Shown one piece after another: positions 10,901 through 20,578 of a stretch of DNA of 49,181 nucleotides. The notes beneath the pieces were generated by a model. That model did not search any database. It was not told the origin of the DNA and saw only the letters and a list, made by a program, of their open reading frames with translations. The stretch spans positions 1 through 49,181 of the forward strand of contig JWZX01003254.1 of NCBI GenBank assembly GCA_001275005.1, written 5' to 3'. The stretch's first letter is position 1. Every line of letters starts with the position of its first letter. This stretch comes from Chrysochromulina tobinii (lineage: Eukaryota). The translations under genes and the position numbers were made by a program.

Positions 10901-11774
10901 CCTCACCCTGCGCCGGTCCGTGTACGCCCGTGCCTCGATGTCACCGCTGGCGCCTCCCTCGCAGAAGAGCAAATCGCCCTCGGCGGCGGTCATTGCGTGT
11001 GTGCCTTCGGCCGCCAACGCCAAGTGTGCAGCGTGCCAGGGCAAGCACAGGCCGCACACGTGCCCGATGCGTTACCGCCCCCCGCCTGGATGGACGTACG
11101 CAAGCCTCAAGAAGGACGACGGCGACGACGACCACGACCACGACCACGATGACGAGGGCGATTGCCCCATCGGACCGCGCAAGCTCCCCTGCAACCTGAT
11201 CGCCTGGTACGTGCCCGAGGGGCACGCGGTCGCAAGCCAGCCGCCGACGAGCGCGCAGCTCGAGTTCGGCTGTGAGGCGGGCGACGCGCTCTTGGGCAAG
11301 CACATCCTGTTCCATTGGGAGGGCGTGGGCTGGTGCGAGGGCATCCTCGAGTCGCGCAACATGGACTCGTCACTCATGATAGATGAGGAGACACGCGGCA
11401 TCGTCAACTTTATCGTGTACTATGCCATCGATGACGAAAAGGCACAGCACAATCTGGAGCTCCAGTTTTATGGCGGCGGCCCCACGGCGGCCTTTGGCAA
11501 CTGGGTGCTGCTTGAGCCTGCGCCCTCGGCGAGCGGTGCTCACGCTGAGGGCACGGCCGCGCCCGCCCTTGCTGATGGAGCGCCGACGTCTACCGCCACG
11601 CCGCGCTCGTTGCCGCCCCACGGCTTCACGGACGATGGCATGGCGGCCAAGTCGGACCAGCCCAAGCGTTGGGTGTGGCGCCCACAATGGAAGCCGCCGA
11701 ACGGGGCGGTTGCAAAACGCCGAACGGGGCGGTTGGAAAATGCCCTCGCAGAAAATGCCCGCGCCCGCCCTTGA
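7954..11774 (+). CDS. Large low-complexity HMG-box protein, probably 2 exons, with a C-terminal small Cys/His motif and a beta-rich (Tudor/SH3-like) domain
   Basis: HMG box PRKPHSSYLYFCDETRE..LQGAAWKALDESEKQVY..DLERY at about 10369-10563. A putative GC-AG intron 10654-10964 (AAG|GCACGT...TCGCAG|AAG) joins ORF 7954 in frame to the 10806-11774 frame. The junction is inferred. Confidence 0.65.
9127..9345 (+). repeat. Duplicated coding module (HEAHVA.LRELH.R), each copy followed by 12-bp gagcgccgtgac (ERRD) repeats
   Basis: Modules start at 9127 and 9244; the tandem 12-mers are directly visible. Confidence 0.85.
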
Positions 11775-12267
11775 GGGGGGCTCGCCGGCAGCCGCTGCAA
11801 CAGTGGTAGCCCGGATGCCCGCAGTGCGGGCAAACTCGTTCGAGTGGCTGCCCGCCGATCCGCCCGCGCCCGCGCCCGCACCCGCGCCCGAGTGCAGGAG
11901 TCGCAGAAAAAAAACACGGTTAGAGAGGCCAAGGAGTGTGGGTGGGAAGGGTGGGGGTTCAGAGGTGGCGGCCGCGATGGTAACACATACACATACTAAT
12001 GAAGGTCAGTACATTTACAACTGAAGAGACGATCGAATGCTCACTTGCGCACTATAGTACAGTCACTCTAGTCACTTTCTACATATGTTACTTGAATGGT
12101 CCGCGTCTGTGTCGCCGGTTTACGCACGCTTGCTCGTAGCTGTAGGGGTAACTGACTGACTGGCAAAACTTGAACAAAAAAGGCAACCCGCGCGGTGACC
12201 TCTCTTCCGCCGTCCACTCAGCTGTCACCTTCGTCGGGAGCTAGAGGGACCTCGAGGGACGGCCGCG

Positions 12268-14148
12268 ATGGGCGAGTCGGAGCAAAGTCGCATGCTGGAG
12301 AGCATTCTCCCTGTCGCATTCACAAAGCTGGTTAGACCGAGGTGTGGGTACTGCAGTTGCATGTTTGGCAACAATGGCGCGCTCGCCAGGCACATGAAAG
12401 GGTGCAAGGAGCTGCTGGCAGAGGAACAGCAAGAGGAGGATGACGTTGACGACAAGGAGGATGACGACCGCGACGACAAGAAGGAGGATGTGCTTATGTT
12501 GGAGTTAGCGGCGGTTGTATCCGAGGTTCATGATGATGTCGAGGATGACCTCGAAGATGACCTAGAGGGCGACAGCAAGCTCGGAGAGCTGGGTTCGCGC
12601 GCCTCAATGGCGCCCGCGCTCGCGCCGACACAGCCGACGCGCAAGAGGCCGCTGCCCCCCACAGCAAACGAGTCCAGGTCTGCCGCCGAGGACGAAGGGC
12701 TGGAGCTGGTGCCGTCGTCGAGCAGTGAGATGGCGCGATTCCGGGTGCCTATGTCGGCCGATTCCAAAGAGTCCGACCAGAACGACGAGCTGCCCCTAAT
12801 CTCGCGGCTCTCTGCGCTTCAGCGGCCGCGATCACGGCTGGCGGTCCCTGCGGATTTCTGGCCGGGACCAGTGCTTTCTCAGGATGCTTCCGACTCGGTG
12901 GACGTGGCTGGTGTGAGCAAGGCTGCTGATGCAGATGAAGGGCGACGCGTTGCCATTACCATCAGGCCACCTTCAGTTTACGAACAAGACTCGATAGAGC
13001 TCTTCAGTGAGCGCATCGACGAGTGTTCCTTGATCGGAGCGGGATCGGACAGCGATGAGGACGAGTTGCCCCTCAACGGCAGCCGTTCGCGCCCACGCAC
13101 GAGCTTCTCACGGCCTGTGCAGACGGCCGCGGAGTGGGTGGGCGTGGATGCAAGGGATGCTTTGGGGATTCTTGGCGTCCATGACTCCAAAGGCGAGGGT
13201 TCCGCGGCGACGACGCAGGTTCAGCCGATCGCCTCCTTGAGCGTGGCTCCACCCAGGGCCAATGAATCGGCTGTCCGAGCACACGACTCTCGACACGACT
13301 CCGGTTCGGACTCGGACTCGGACGACGGCGACATCCCACTTAGGAAGCCGATCAGGCACCAGCCGAGCATGTCCACGAGTAGTGCCAGGCGCCCAGACAA
13401 CCCGAGCTCTGCCGAAGGCAAGATGTCGCCGGCGGCAGAGGGAATGGCGCCATCCCGAACGCGAGCAGCGCCAGCAGCGCGAGGAGCGCCAGCAGTGCCA
13501 TCAGCAGCGCCGCCAGTGGCCGCGCTGCGTTCAGCGCAAGCGCCAGCAGAACCAGAGCAGGACAAAGCAGGCGAAGCATGGCGGTTCGAAAAGGCCAAAA
13601 CAGTGCAGCCGCTCACGGCGGACGAGGCTCCACCCGACGCAGAGCTGATGTGCGTGCAGGCGTGCCTGCCCCCGCCGTGGCGCGCACGCCGCTCGACCCG
13701 GACCTCGCAAGTATACTACTACATCGACAACACACCAGGGTCCGAGCAGTGGGAGCGGCCTTCAGCAGCACCGCCGCCTTCGGCACCGCCGCCTCCCGGA
13801 CCGCCGCCGCCAGGACCTCGACCACCACCAGCACCACCGCCACCAGCACTAACACCAGCACCGCCTCCGCCAGCACTGCCGTCACGTCTTCCGTACAAGC
13901 AACAGGAATGCCACTTCTTTGCGAGGGGTGGGTCACGGGGCGGGTGCAAGAATGGTGAGCTCTGCCCATTCTTACATGGCAAGGCAGACCCTCGTCTGAC
14001 CGACCCGCTCCTCATCAGCCCACGACTCTTCAAATGGGAGTCGAAATGGGAGGGGGGAATCGAGACTGGATCGTACAAACAGCGCAGAATGAAGATCAGC
14101 GGCCGAACATCCGCTCATTATTCCCGTTCTACGGAAACGGCGCGGTGA
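12268..14148 (+). CDS. Disordered protein with N-terminal C2HC-like finger, WW domain, poly-proline tract and CCCH zinc finger
   Basis: CGYCSCMF..LARHMKGC; LPPPWRARRS..VYYY..SEQWERP (WW); CHFFARG..CKNGELCPFLH (CCCH). 626-aa ORF with an ATG start. Confidence 0.7.
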   Translation: MGESEQSRMLESILPVAFTKLVRPRCGYCSCMFGNNGALARHMKGCKELLAEEQQEEDDVDDKEDDDRDDKKEDVLMLELAAVVSEVHDDVEDDLEDDLEGDSKLGELGSRASMAPALAPTQPTRKRPLPPTANESRSAAEDEGLELVPSSSSEMARFRVPMSADSKESDQNDELPLISRLSALQRPRSRLAVPADFWPGPVLSQDASDSVDVAGVSKAADADEGRRVAITIRPPSVYEQDSIELFSERIDECSLIGAGSDSDEDELPLNGSRSRPRTSFSRPVQTAAEWVGVDARDALGILGVHDSKGEGSAATTQVQPIASLSVAPPRANESAVRAHDSRHDSGSDSDSDDGDIPLRKPIRHQPSMSTSSARRPDNPSSAEGKMSPAAEGMAPSRTRAAPAARGAPAVPSAAPPVAALRSAQAPAEPEQDKAGEAWRFEKAKTVQPLTADEAPPDAELMCVQACLPPPWRARRSTRTSQVYYYIDNTPGSEQWERPSAAPPPSAPPPPGPPPPGPRPPPAPPPPALTPAPPPPALPSRLPYKQQECHFFARGGSRGGCKNGELCPFLHGKADPRLTDPLLISPRLFKWESKWEGGIETGSYKQRRMKISGRTSAHYSRSTETAR

Positions 14149-14772
14149 GACACGGGGGACAGGTGAGAGCGGCAAGCGGGCGCACCCATAAACCCATTCT
14201 ACACCACCAGCTATGATTCCGACGGCGACACACCAGAGGGGAGACTTTCTGTGAAGAAAGGTGCTCAAGAAGGTGCTCGCTGGGCGCTTGGCTCCGGCGT
14301 AAGCGCGCTAGAAAAGGGACAGATGTTCTGTGGACCCTAGACTCGAGCTCCGAGGTCTTGTAGACGCGCGCACGAGCCACGACAGGGCCTGAAGAGGGCC
14401 GACAATGTGTGTGGCGCGGCGGGACTCACGGGACAGGCGCACAGCAGATCGTGTGCTTTAGGCTTGCGTCAGGCTAGCGTCAGGCTAAGCGTCAGGCTCC
14501 TTCCCCGCTCGCGTGAGATACATTTTAGACGATTAGACCAAAGACCAGGCCACGGCCCGCCCGCGGCGGGAGGCAAAAGGTTTGCGTGTGAACATTGGCT
14601 GTGAAGATGCTGTCTCTTGCTTGCTCTGCTCACTCGTGCAGTTTTAACAGTGCCGTAGCACCGGTTGTCGCGTCTGACGTGTACGTCTGACGTGTTAACG
14701 TTCACACTCGTGCGAAATACAAGCTTCGCTCGGTTTTTTATCGCGAGCACTTTTCGTTTGTGTCTCGCACTC

Positions 14773-16932
14773 ATGCACGCGATGACGTTCGCAGCTTTGT
14801 TCGCCTTGGCCAGCGCCGCGGCGCCGCCGTGGGACGCCGTCGTGCGCATCGAGGTCGCTGCGGTTGCGCCGTCGTACATGCGCCCTTGGGAGAAGGCGGC
14901 CCAGCAGAGGCAGGGCGGCACCGGCTTCCTGGTCGACGGCCGTAGGATCCTGACCAATCATCACGTCATTGAAAATGCCGTTGACATTCGGCTCTCCAAG
15001 ACGGGCAACTCCAAGCGCTGGCGGGCACGTGTTGTGGCCATGGGCCCAGATGTTGATCTCGCCGCCCTCGAGGTGATTGAGAACGCCGACGAGTTCTTCG
15101 CTGATCTTACGCCCGTCGCGTGGTCGTACGAGCTACCGCCCTTGCAGTCGCGCGTGACAGTCCGCGGCTATCCTCTCGGCGGCAACGCCCAGTCTGTGAC
15201 CGAAGGCGTCGTGTCCCGCGTCGACTGCAAGAATTACCGTCTCGGAGCTACGAGCTCTATCTCACCCGGCAGGTCGCTCGTCGTTCAGATCGACGCGGCG
15301 ATCAACGGCGGCAATAGTGGCGGGCCCGCCTTTGACGCGAGCAACCGCGTCATCGGCGTCGCCTTCCAAGGCATCGACGGCGCACAGTCCATAGGTTACA
15401 TCATCCCGGCACTACTCGCGCGCACCTTCCTGACCGCCGTGGTGAGCGCGCCCAAGTTCCGTTTGGCCGACGTGCCCTTCCGCATCCAGCACCTCGAGAA
15501 TCGCGGCCTGCGCCGCTATCTCCAGGTGCCCGACCGCGTCACGGGCGTCGTCGTATCCGCAGTGAGTTCACTCTCTGCCTTCGCACCGCCGCCACGGCAG
15601 ACGAATGCGAGCATCGCTGTGTTGCCCGGCGGAAGGTGCACGTGCTCCAACGCCTCCTCCGCCGCCTCGTTGGCCGCACCCTCCACACCCGCGGCGGTGG
15701 GCACCAATGCATCCGCGCTTGCCACAGCGCTCGCCAACTGCTCGCTGCAGCCCAATGATGTGATCACTCATCTTGATGGCGTGAGCGTCGGCGATGATGG
15801 CACAGTGCCGCTGCGCCCGGGAGAACGCGTCAGCCTCGACTATCTGATCACCTCCAAGGTGCACGACGCGCCGACCGAGCTCTCGATCCTGCGCTATGGC
15901 CGGTCGCTCACGCTACGCGCGCAGCTTGTGCCACTACCGCCGCCGCTGCCGCGCTGGCACGACTTCGATTGCACTCCGGAGTGGGTCATCATCGGCGGTC
16001 TAGTCTTCTCGCCGCTCACGGCGCCGCTCATCGAAGACGCCTCGTCGGGGGGCGTGCGCTCGTATGTGCACGACATCTTCACGCGGGAGGTGGGTGCCAA
16101 GAACGGCTTCAATACGGAGCCGGCCCGCGAGGTCGTTGTGCTGCTTGACGTGCTCAATGGCGGTGATGTGAACCATGGCTATGAGGCGGAGGGATGGAAG
16201 GTACTCACGCATCTGAATGGGCAGGCGGTCGAGTCGCTCGCCGGGCTCTACTTCTTGTGGCAGCAAGCGACGCGCGATGGAGCCGCCTTCCTCGAATTCG
16301 GCTTTGGAGGGGGCACGGAGCGCAAGATCGTCCTGGAGCAGGCGGCGGTGCGCGAGAGCGAGGGGCTCCTGCTGAATTTGCATGGCATCCCTGCACGCGC
16401 TTCAGCCGGGGTGATCGCCAACAGCCTCAAGCTAAAGCCACCCTCGGTGCTCTCGGGCGACGCTGCCCACGAGGCAGCGGCGGCGGGCGCGGCGGGCGTC
16501 TTCGTGGGGAGCTGGCTTACTTTGGGCGACGGTCTGATCGATCATCTGCAGGAAACTAAGAATCACTTGGCGCACGCGCACGGGGGGGAGCAGCAGCAGC
16601 AGCAGGTTCGTGGCCCTGTGGCCCTTTGGCAGCAGCCGCACCGTGCGGCGCGCGACGCCACTCACGAAGTCCCGTCCGTTCAAGCGCCGTCTAGCCCGCT
16701 GCCGCCAAGTGCCGTGAGCCTGACAGCTGTCGATGCGGTCACAGTAAGCAGCGTTCAGCAAGAACAGAAGGTGGTCGAGGCCACGGTCATCGGCATCGGC
16801 CAGCAAGCAATTGGGGCGCAAGCGGTTGCAGCTGCGAGGAACAAAGGGCACACGGAAGATGACGCAGGGCACGGCAAGCGCGGCGGCGGCCATCGCGCCA
16901 AGCCGCGCGATCCACGGCAGCATCGAGAATGA
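14773..16932 (+). CDS. Deg/HtrA serine protease (plant DEG2/DEG9-like, two PDZ-type domains) with signal peptide
   Basis: Catalytic triad in ILTNHHV, DVDLAAL and DAAINGGNSGGP; GYPLGG, SVTEGVVSR, IGYIIP, IIGGLVFSPL. Hydrophobic N-terminus MHAMTFAALFALASAAA. Confidence 0.92.
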   Translation: MHAMTFAALFALASAAAPPWDAVVRIEVAAVAPSYMRPWEKAAQQRQGGTGFLVDGRRILTNHHVIENAVDIRLSKTGNSKRWRARVVAMGPDVDLAALEVIENADEFFADLTPVAWSYELPPLQSRVTVRGYPLGGNAQSVTEGVVSRVDCKNYRLGATSSISPGRSLVVQIDAAINGGNSGGPAFDASNRVIGVAFQGIDGAQSIGYIIPALLARTFLTAVVSAPKFRLADVPFRIQHLENRGLRRYLQVPDRVTGVVVSAVSSLSAFAPPPRQTNASIAVLPGGRCTCSNASSAASLAAPSTPAAVGTNASALATALANCSLQPNDVITHLDGVSVGDDGTVPLRPGERVSLDYLITSKVHDAPTELSILRYGRSLTLRAQLVPLPPPLPRWHDFDCTPEWVIIGGLVFSPLTAPLIEDASSGGVRSYVHDIFTREVGAKNGFNTEPAREVVVLLDVLNGGDVNHGYEAEGWKVLTHLNGQAVESLAGLYFLWQQATRDGAAFLEFGFGGGTERKIVLEQAAVRESEGLLLNLHGIPARASAGVIANSLKLKPPSVLSGDAAHEAAAAGAAGVFVGSWLTLGDGLIDHLQETKNHLAHAHGGEQQQQQVRGPVALWQQPHRAARDATHEVPSVQAPSSPLPPSAVSLTAVDAVTVSSVQQEQKVVEATVIGIGQQAIGAQAVAAARNKGHTEDDAGHGKRGGGHRAKPRDPRQHRE

Positions 16933-17313
16933 TAAATGATGACAGTGGCGTCGGGGGCTTCGAGAACGACGAGAAATAAAGGCGCCTGCCGCCCATGGGC
17001 ATGCCAAGAACCTCGGCGTCGGTTGCGACGCGGCTCGGACTTAGCTGTCTCGTGCCCGGTCATCACGCACCAGACTACGAGGAGTATCAGTCGACGCGAG
17101 TCGAGTGAACCAAGCGCGGGTCCACAGAGAGTCGATACAGAGAGTATACAGACGAGCGACGTCGACGAGCGAGATTCTGACGAAAGCCTCAAAGACATTA
17201 ATTCAGGCTCCTAATCTCTCAAACCCACTGCGCACCGATTTCTGGGCGTATGAACTATCTCGTCGTGAGACGTGTGAGCATTACACGTTTATACATGTTC
17301 TGATGTGCACAGC

Positions 17314-17718
17314 CTATTTGAAATCTGATCGCTGAAGCGCCTTCTCCCGTGCTTCGCTGCCAACCACAGCCATCTCTGCGTTGAAAAAGAACCCTGCCAT
17401 GCCCGCGGTGCAAACTAGCCACGCCCGGCCGCCAGGACTCGATCCTGATCGAAATAATGGCGATATGTGAGTCGCCGATGCCACCACAGCAAGCCCAACG
17501 AGTGTATAGATCGATCCAGCTCTGCACCCAGATATCAGGCCATCCCACGTAGGGTTGGCACCCCCTGGCCGTTGTGAGTCAGCCCACGATGTGCGTGCGC
17601 GCTGCCGTTGCACTGTGTCAGCCTGCTCTTGCCCATTGATCGCCTGCCGTCGCGCTTCGAGCTGCAGGAGCAGCGCCTCACGTTTTGAGAGATCGTCGGG
17701 GCCATCCGTCGGAACCAT
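17314..17718 (-). CDS. Small two-helix membrane protein resembling ENOD93 / the Rcf2 N-terminal domain
   Basis: 134 aa. GLISGCRAG..VVASATHISPLFR..GGRAWLVCTAGMAGFFFNAEMAV follows the ENOD93/Rcf2-N pattern; recognition by eye only. Confidence 0.55.
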   Translation of the reverse strand: MVPTDGPDDLSKREALLLQLEARRQAINGQEQADTVQRQRARTSWADSQRPGGANPTWDGLISGCRAGSIYTLVGLAVVASATHISPLFRSGSSPGGRAWLVCTAGMAGFFFNAEMAVVGSEAREKALQRSDFK

Positions 17719-18280
17719 TTTGAGCCGTGTGTGAATCGAGTGAGACTCGGGGCTGGAGTAGTGAGTATTACGAGGTTGTCACGCACTACACGCAAGCACG
17801 CGTTCGCGAGACGCTGTGCACACGCGCGACCGCGGAGAAGGCGAACACATCACGACGCGTTCAACACAACGCTCGTCACTCTCCGGACCCCTAAGCACAT
17901 AAGACGCTATCACTATGGACTGGCCGACACAACCCGTGGTAGAACAGGTCGGCCGCGGGAGTCGCGCGCCTAAAACTAAGAACCGGTAAAAAAAGCCGTG
18001 AACGTCACTCACATCAAGGTCTTCGTACTTCGAGGCACGAGGATGCACAAGGTTAGCTGCGTTGCTTTAGGATCGGGTTGGCCGTCTACATGTAAAAATA
18101 AGTTTGGAAGCAGACGCAAAATTAACGTTTTTTCCGTCGCTCGGTCGCGAGATATTCTGTAACGGCGATATGACGGATCTGTGTGCGCTCCCGCCGGCGC
18201 GCCGAGCTCCGAGGTCACCACCCCAGGGTGCTGCAACCTCGAAAAACACACGTAGATCATAGTATCACGCCCTCAGCCAC

Positions 18281-20365
18281 TCACGCCGGCGGCGCTGCAT
18301 CAGGACTGACGCCGACGGTGAAGTCGAGGTTGATGCGCCCGTCGGAGCTGAGCAATCGATCGAGCTCCTGCTGGTCTTTGGCCCACTCCGACTGAGAATC
18401 CTCCTCAGCGCTGGTCTCGACGATGCTCACCTGATTGTCGGAGATTTCGACGGTGGCGAGCGACTCGAGGGGGATTTCGTACCCTGACAAGAAGGCGCGC
18501 CCCGCGTCGTTCGACTTCTCGATGAGGAAGCCGGCGCCCACGACGTTGGCGCCTGCCATGCGGCACAGGCGGATGAGTGCATCCGCGGTGGTGCCGCCGG
18601 CGAGGAAGTCGTCGATGATGATCACGCGGTCGCCTGGCGTGAGGTACTCGATGGACACGTACAGGTCCTGGCTGTTGGCCTTCGTCGACGACTTGTAGCT
18701 TGTCTGGTAGGAGTCGGAGACCCCTATCTGCCGCGACTTGCGAGCGAAGACGACGGGGAGTGTGAGCGCTTTGCCCACAAACATGCCCGGGATGAGGCCG
18801 GTCGACTCGACGGTGAGCACCTTGGTGGGCTGCGTGTCCTCGAGGCGCTCGGCGAGCTCCTCGCCGCATGCCTCCATGAGCTCCACGTCTACCATGTGGT
18901 TGAGGAATGACGAGACCTTGAGGATCGAGGCATCGAGCACAGTAGCCTCACGCAAGATCTTCTCCTTGAGAAGCAGCGAGCCGCCCGTCTTCTTGGCGAG
19001 CCGGCCGGTCTTTTTGAGCGTCTGCAGCTTGTAAAAGTCGTCGAAAGCGTCCGAGCCCACGAACTTGAGGCCAAGCCCTTCAGCCACGTTGACGAACAAC
19101 TCGTCGCACGCAGTCGAGGTCGCGATGGTTGCGTGGCGCGCCTCGGCGATGCCGAGCGGCATCGAGCATGCTCCCTCTCCCATGAAGGTGGCCTCATCCG
19201 AGACGAAGGCGGCCGCGCTCATGTAGATCACCTCGCGCTCAGGCGACGAGGACGGACGCATCCGCGTGAGTAACTCGTCCACCCGCTCGTCCACCCGGTA
19301 CAATGTCTCTGAGGGCGGCTTAGCGCCATCCCCCGCCACCTGGACGCACGTGGTCTCGGCGAGGGCTGGCATGCCCGTGGCGGCGTGGAGCGCGCGCGCC
19401 TTGAGCAGCGCGGACGCGGCCGCATCGGGCTCGGCGCCGGGGTCCTCCGAGCCCGTAGTCAGGTCGTCGAAGTTGTCGGCGAGCAACACACGCAGGTTGG
19501 CCCATGTGTTCGCGAGTTCATCGAATCTCTTTCGAGTGCTCACGCCGCCGATGAAGACGTGGAGCCACTCGGACTGCGGGAAGGGCTTGGGCAGCGCGAC
19601 GTCGCCTGCGAGCTGCGCGCTCAGGAACTCGGCCAGCTTGGGCGAGAGGCTCTCCGCAATCTCGCCGGGGCTGCTCTCGGCCAGGTTCGACACGTCGAGT
19701 TCGGCCACCCTGATCTCGCCCGCCATGGCCTCCTGAAGCATCTCGTCCTCGTCCGCCTCCCCATCCTCTTCGCCCTCTTTGCGCGCCTTGGCGACGAGCG
19801 CTTGCAGCTCCGCCTCCGACGGCCCGTCAGTGGGGTCCGCCACTCCGTCCACGTCGAACACGCCGCCGCCTGCAGCCCCCTCGTCTTCCGCAGGGTCGTC
19901 GGCGTCCTCATCGGCGAGGAGGAGCTCCCAATCTTCGCCGTACTTTTTGCGCATCAGCTGTGGCAGGTACTTGGCGATGCTCTCGACGACGACGCCATCC
20001 GGCGGCTCCTCTGGACCGGAGGGCTCGTCCCAGTCAGCGTCGTACACGCCCTCCCAATCTTCATCATCGTCGTCTTCGTCTTCGCCGTCGAAGGTGGAAC
20101 CGATAGGCGGATCGGCGTCGTCATCAAAGCTTTCCTCGACCATGAAGTCGGAGAAGAGTCCCTTGCCGCCCACGTCATCCACGCTCGCCTCGCCGACCAT
20201 CTTTAGGAGCACGCGTGGAAGGCGCCGGCGCTGCACCTGATGCTCGTGCGGTCGCTGCGCGCACGCTTGGTGCGCGGCCCACCTGTGTATGGACTCGGGC
20301 AGGCGGCCCGAGTAACCAGCGCAGCCGACGATGAGCGCGCAAAGCGACACCGTGAGAATCTGCAT
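18281..20365 (-). CDS. xpt: Xanthine phosphoribosyltransferase (Bacillus Xpt type) with bipartite presequence, acidic region and a degenerate Ham1/RdgB-like domain
   Basis: C-terminal LKEKILRE..ILKVSSFLNHMVD..TKVLTVESTG..PVVFARK..RVIIIDDFLAGGTT (PRPP loop)..LIEKS. Middle region SALLKARALHAATGMPALAE. The ATG at 20365 begins a signal peptide (MQILTVSLCALIVGCAG); the longer upstream ORF extension overlaps PDS5. Confidence 0.85.
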   Translation of the reverse strand: MQILTVSLCALIVGCAGYSGRLPESIHRWAAHQACAQRPHEHQVQRRRLPRVLLKMVGEASVDDVGGKGLFSDFMVEESFDDDADPPIGSTFDGEDEDDDDEDWEGVYDADWDEPSGPEEPPDGVVVESIAKYLPQLMRKKYGEDWELLLADEDADDPAEDEGAAGGGVFDVDGVADPTDGPSEAELQALVAKARKEGEEDGEADEDEMLQEAMAGEIRVAELDVSNLAESSPGEIAESLSPKLAEFLSAQLAGDVALPKPFPQSEWLHVFIGGVSTRKRFDELANTWANLRVLLADNFDDLTTGSEDPGAEPDAAASALLKARALHAATGMPALAETTCVQVAGDGAKPPSETLYRVDERVDELLTRMRPSSSPEREVIYMSAAAFVSDEATFMGEGACSMPLGIAEARHATIATSTACDELFVNVAEGLGLKFVGSDAFDDFYKLQTLKKTGRLAKKTGGSLLLKEKILREATVLDASILKVSSFLNHMVDVELMEACGEELAERLEDTQPTKVLTVESTGLIPGMFVGKALTLPVVFARKSRQIGVSDSYQTSYKSSTKANSQDLYVSIEYLTPGDRVIIIDDFLAGGTTADALIRLCRMAGANVVGAGFLIEKSNDAGRAFLSGYEIPLESLATVEISDNQVSIVETSAEEDSQSEWAKDQQELDRLLSSDGRINLDFTVGVSPDAAPPA

Positions 20366-20578
20366 GGTTTTCCTAGGACGCAGCGTGAAAAGCGCCCACA
20401 ATCCCGAGATCGTCAAATCAAGATTGTCATGGTGATCCTTACGACATGTGCGGGCATGTTTGGATTCCGCGGCTGTGGGGAACCCTCGACCTTTCTTGAC
20501 TTTCGTCCCGTGCGTCTCCCGCCAAGAAAAGCTTGACTTTTTTTGCAGCGCAGGGTCGACCTGCCCTTCCTTTTCCCA

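Noticed and set aside
14466..14498. Three copies of gcgtcaggct (and similar short repeats at 25577-25603 and 37401-37434)
   Set aside because: Short simple tandem repeats with no further structure.
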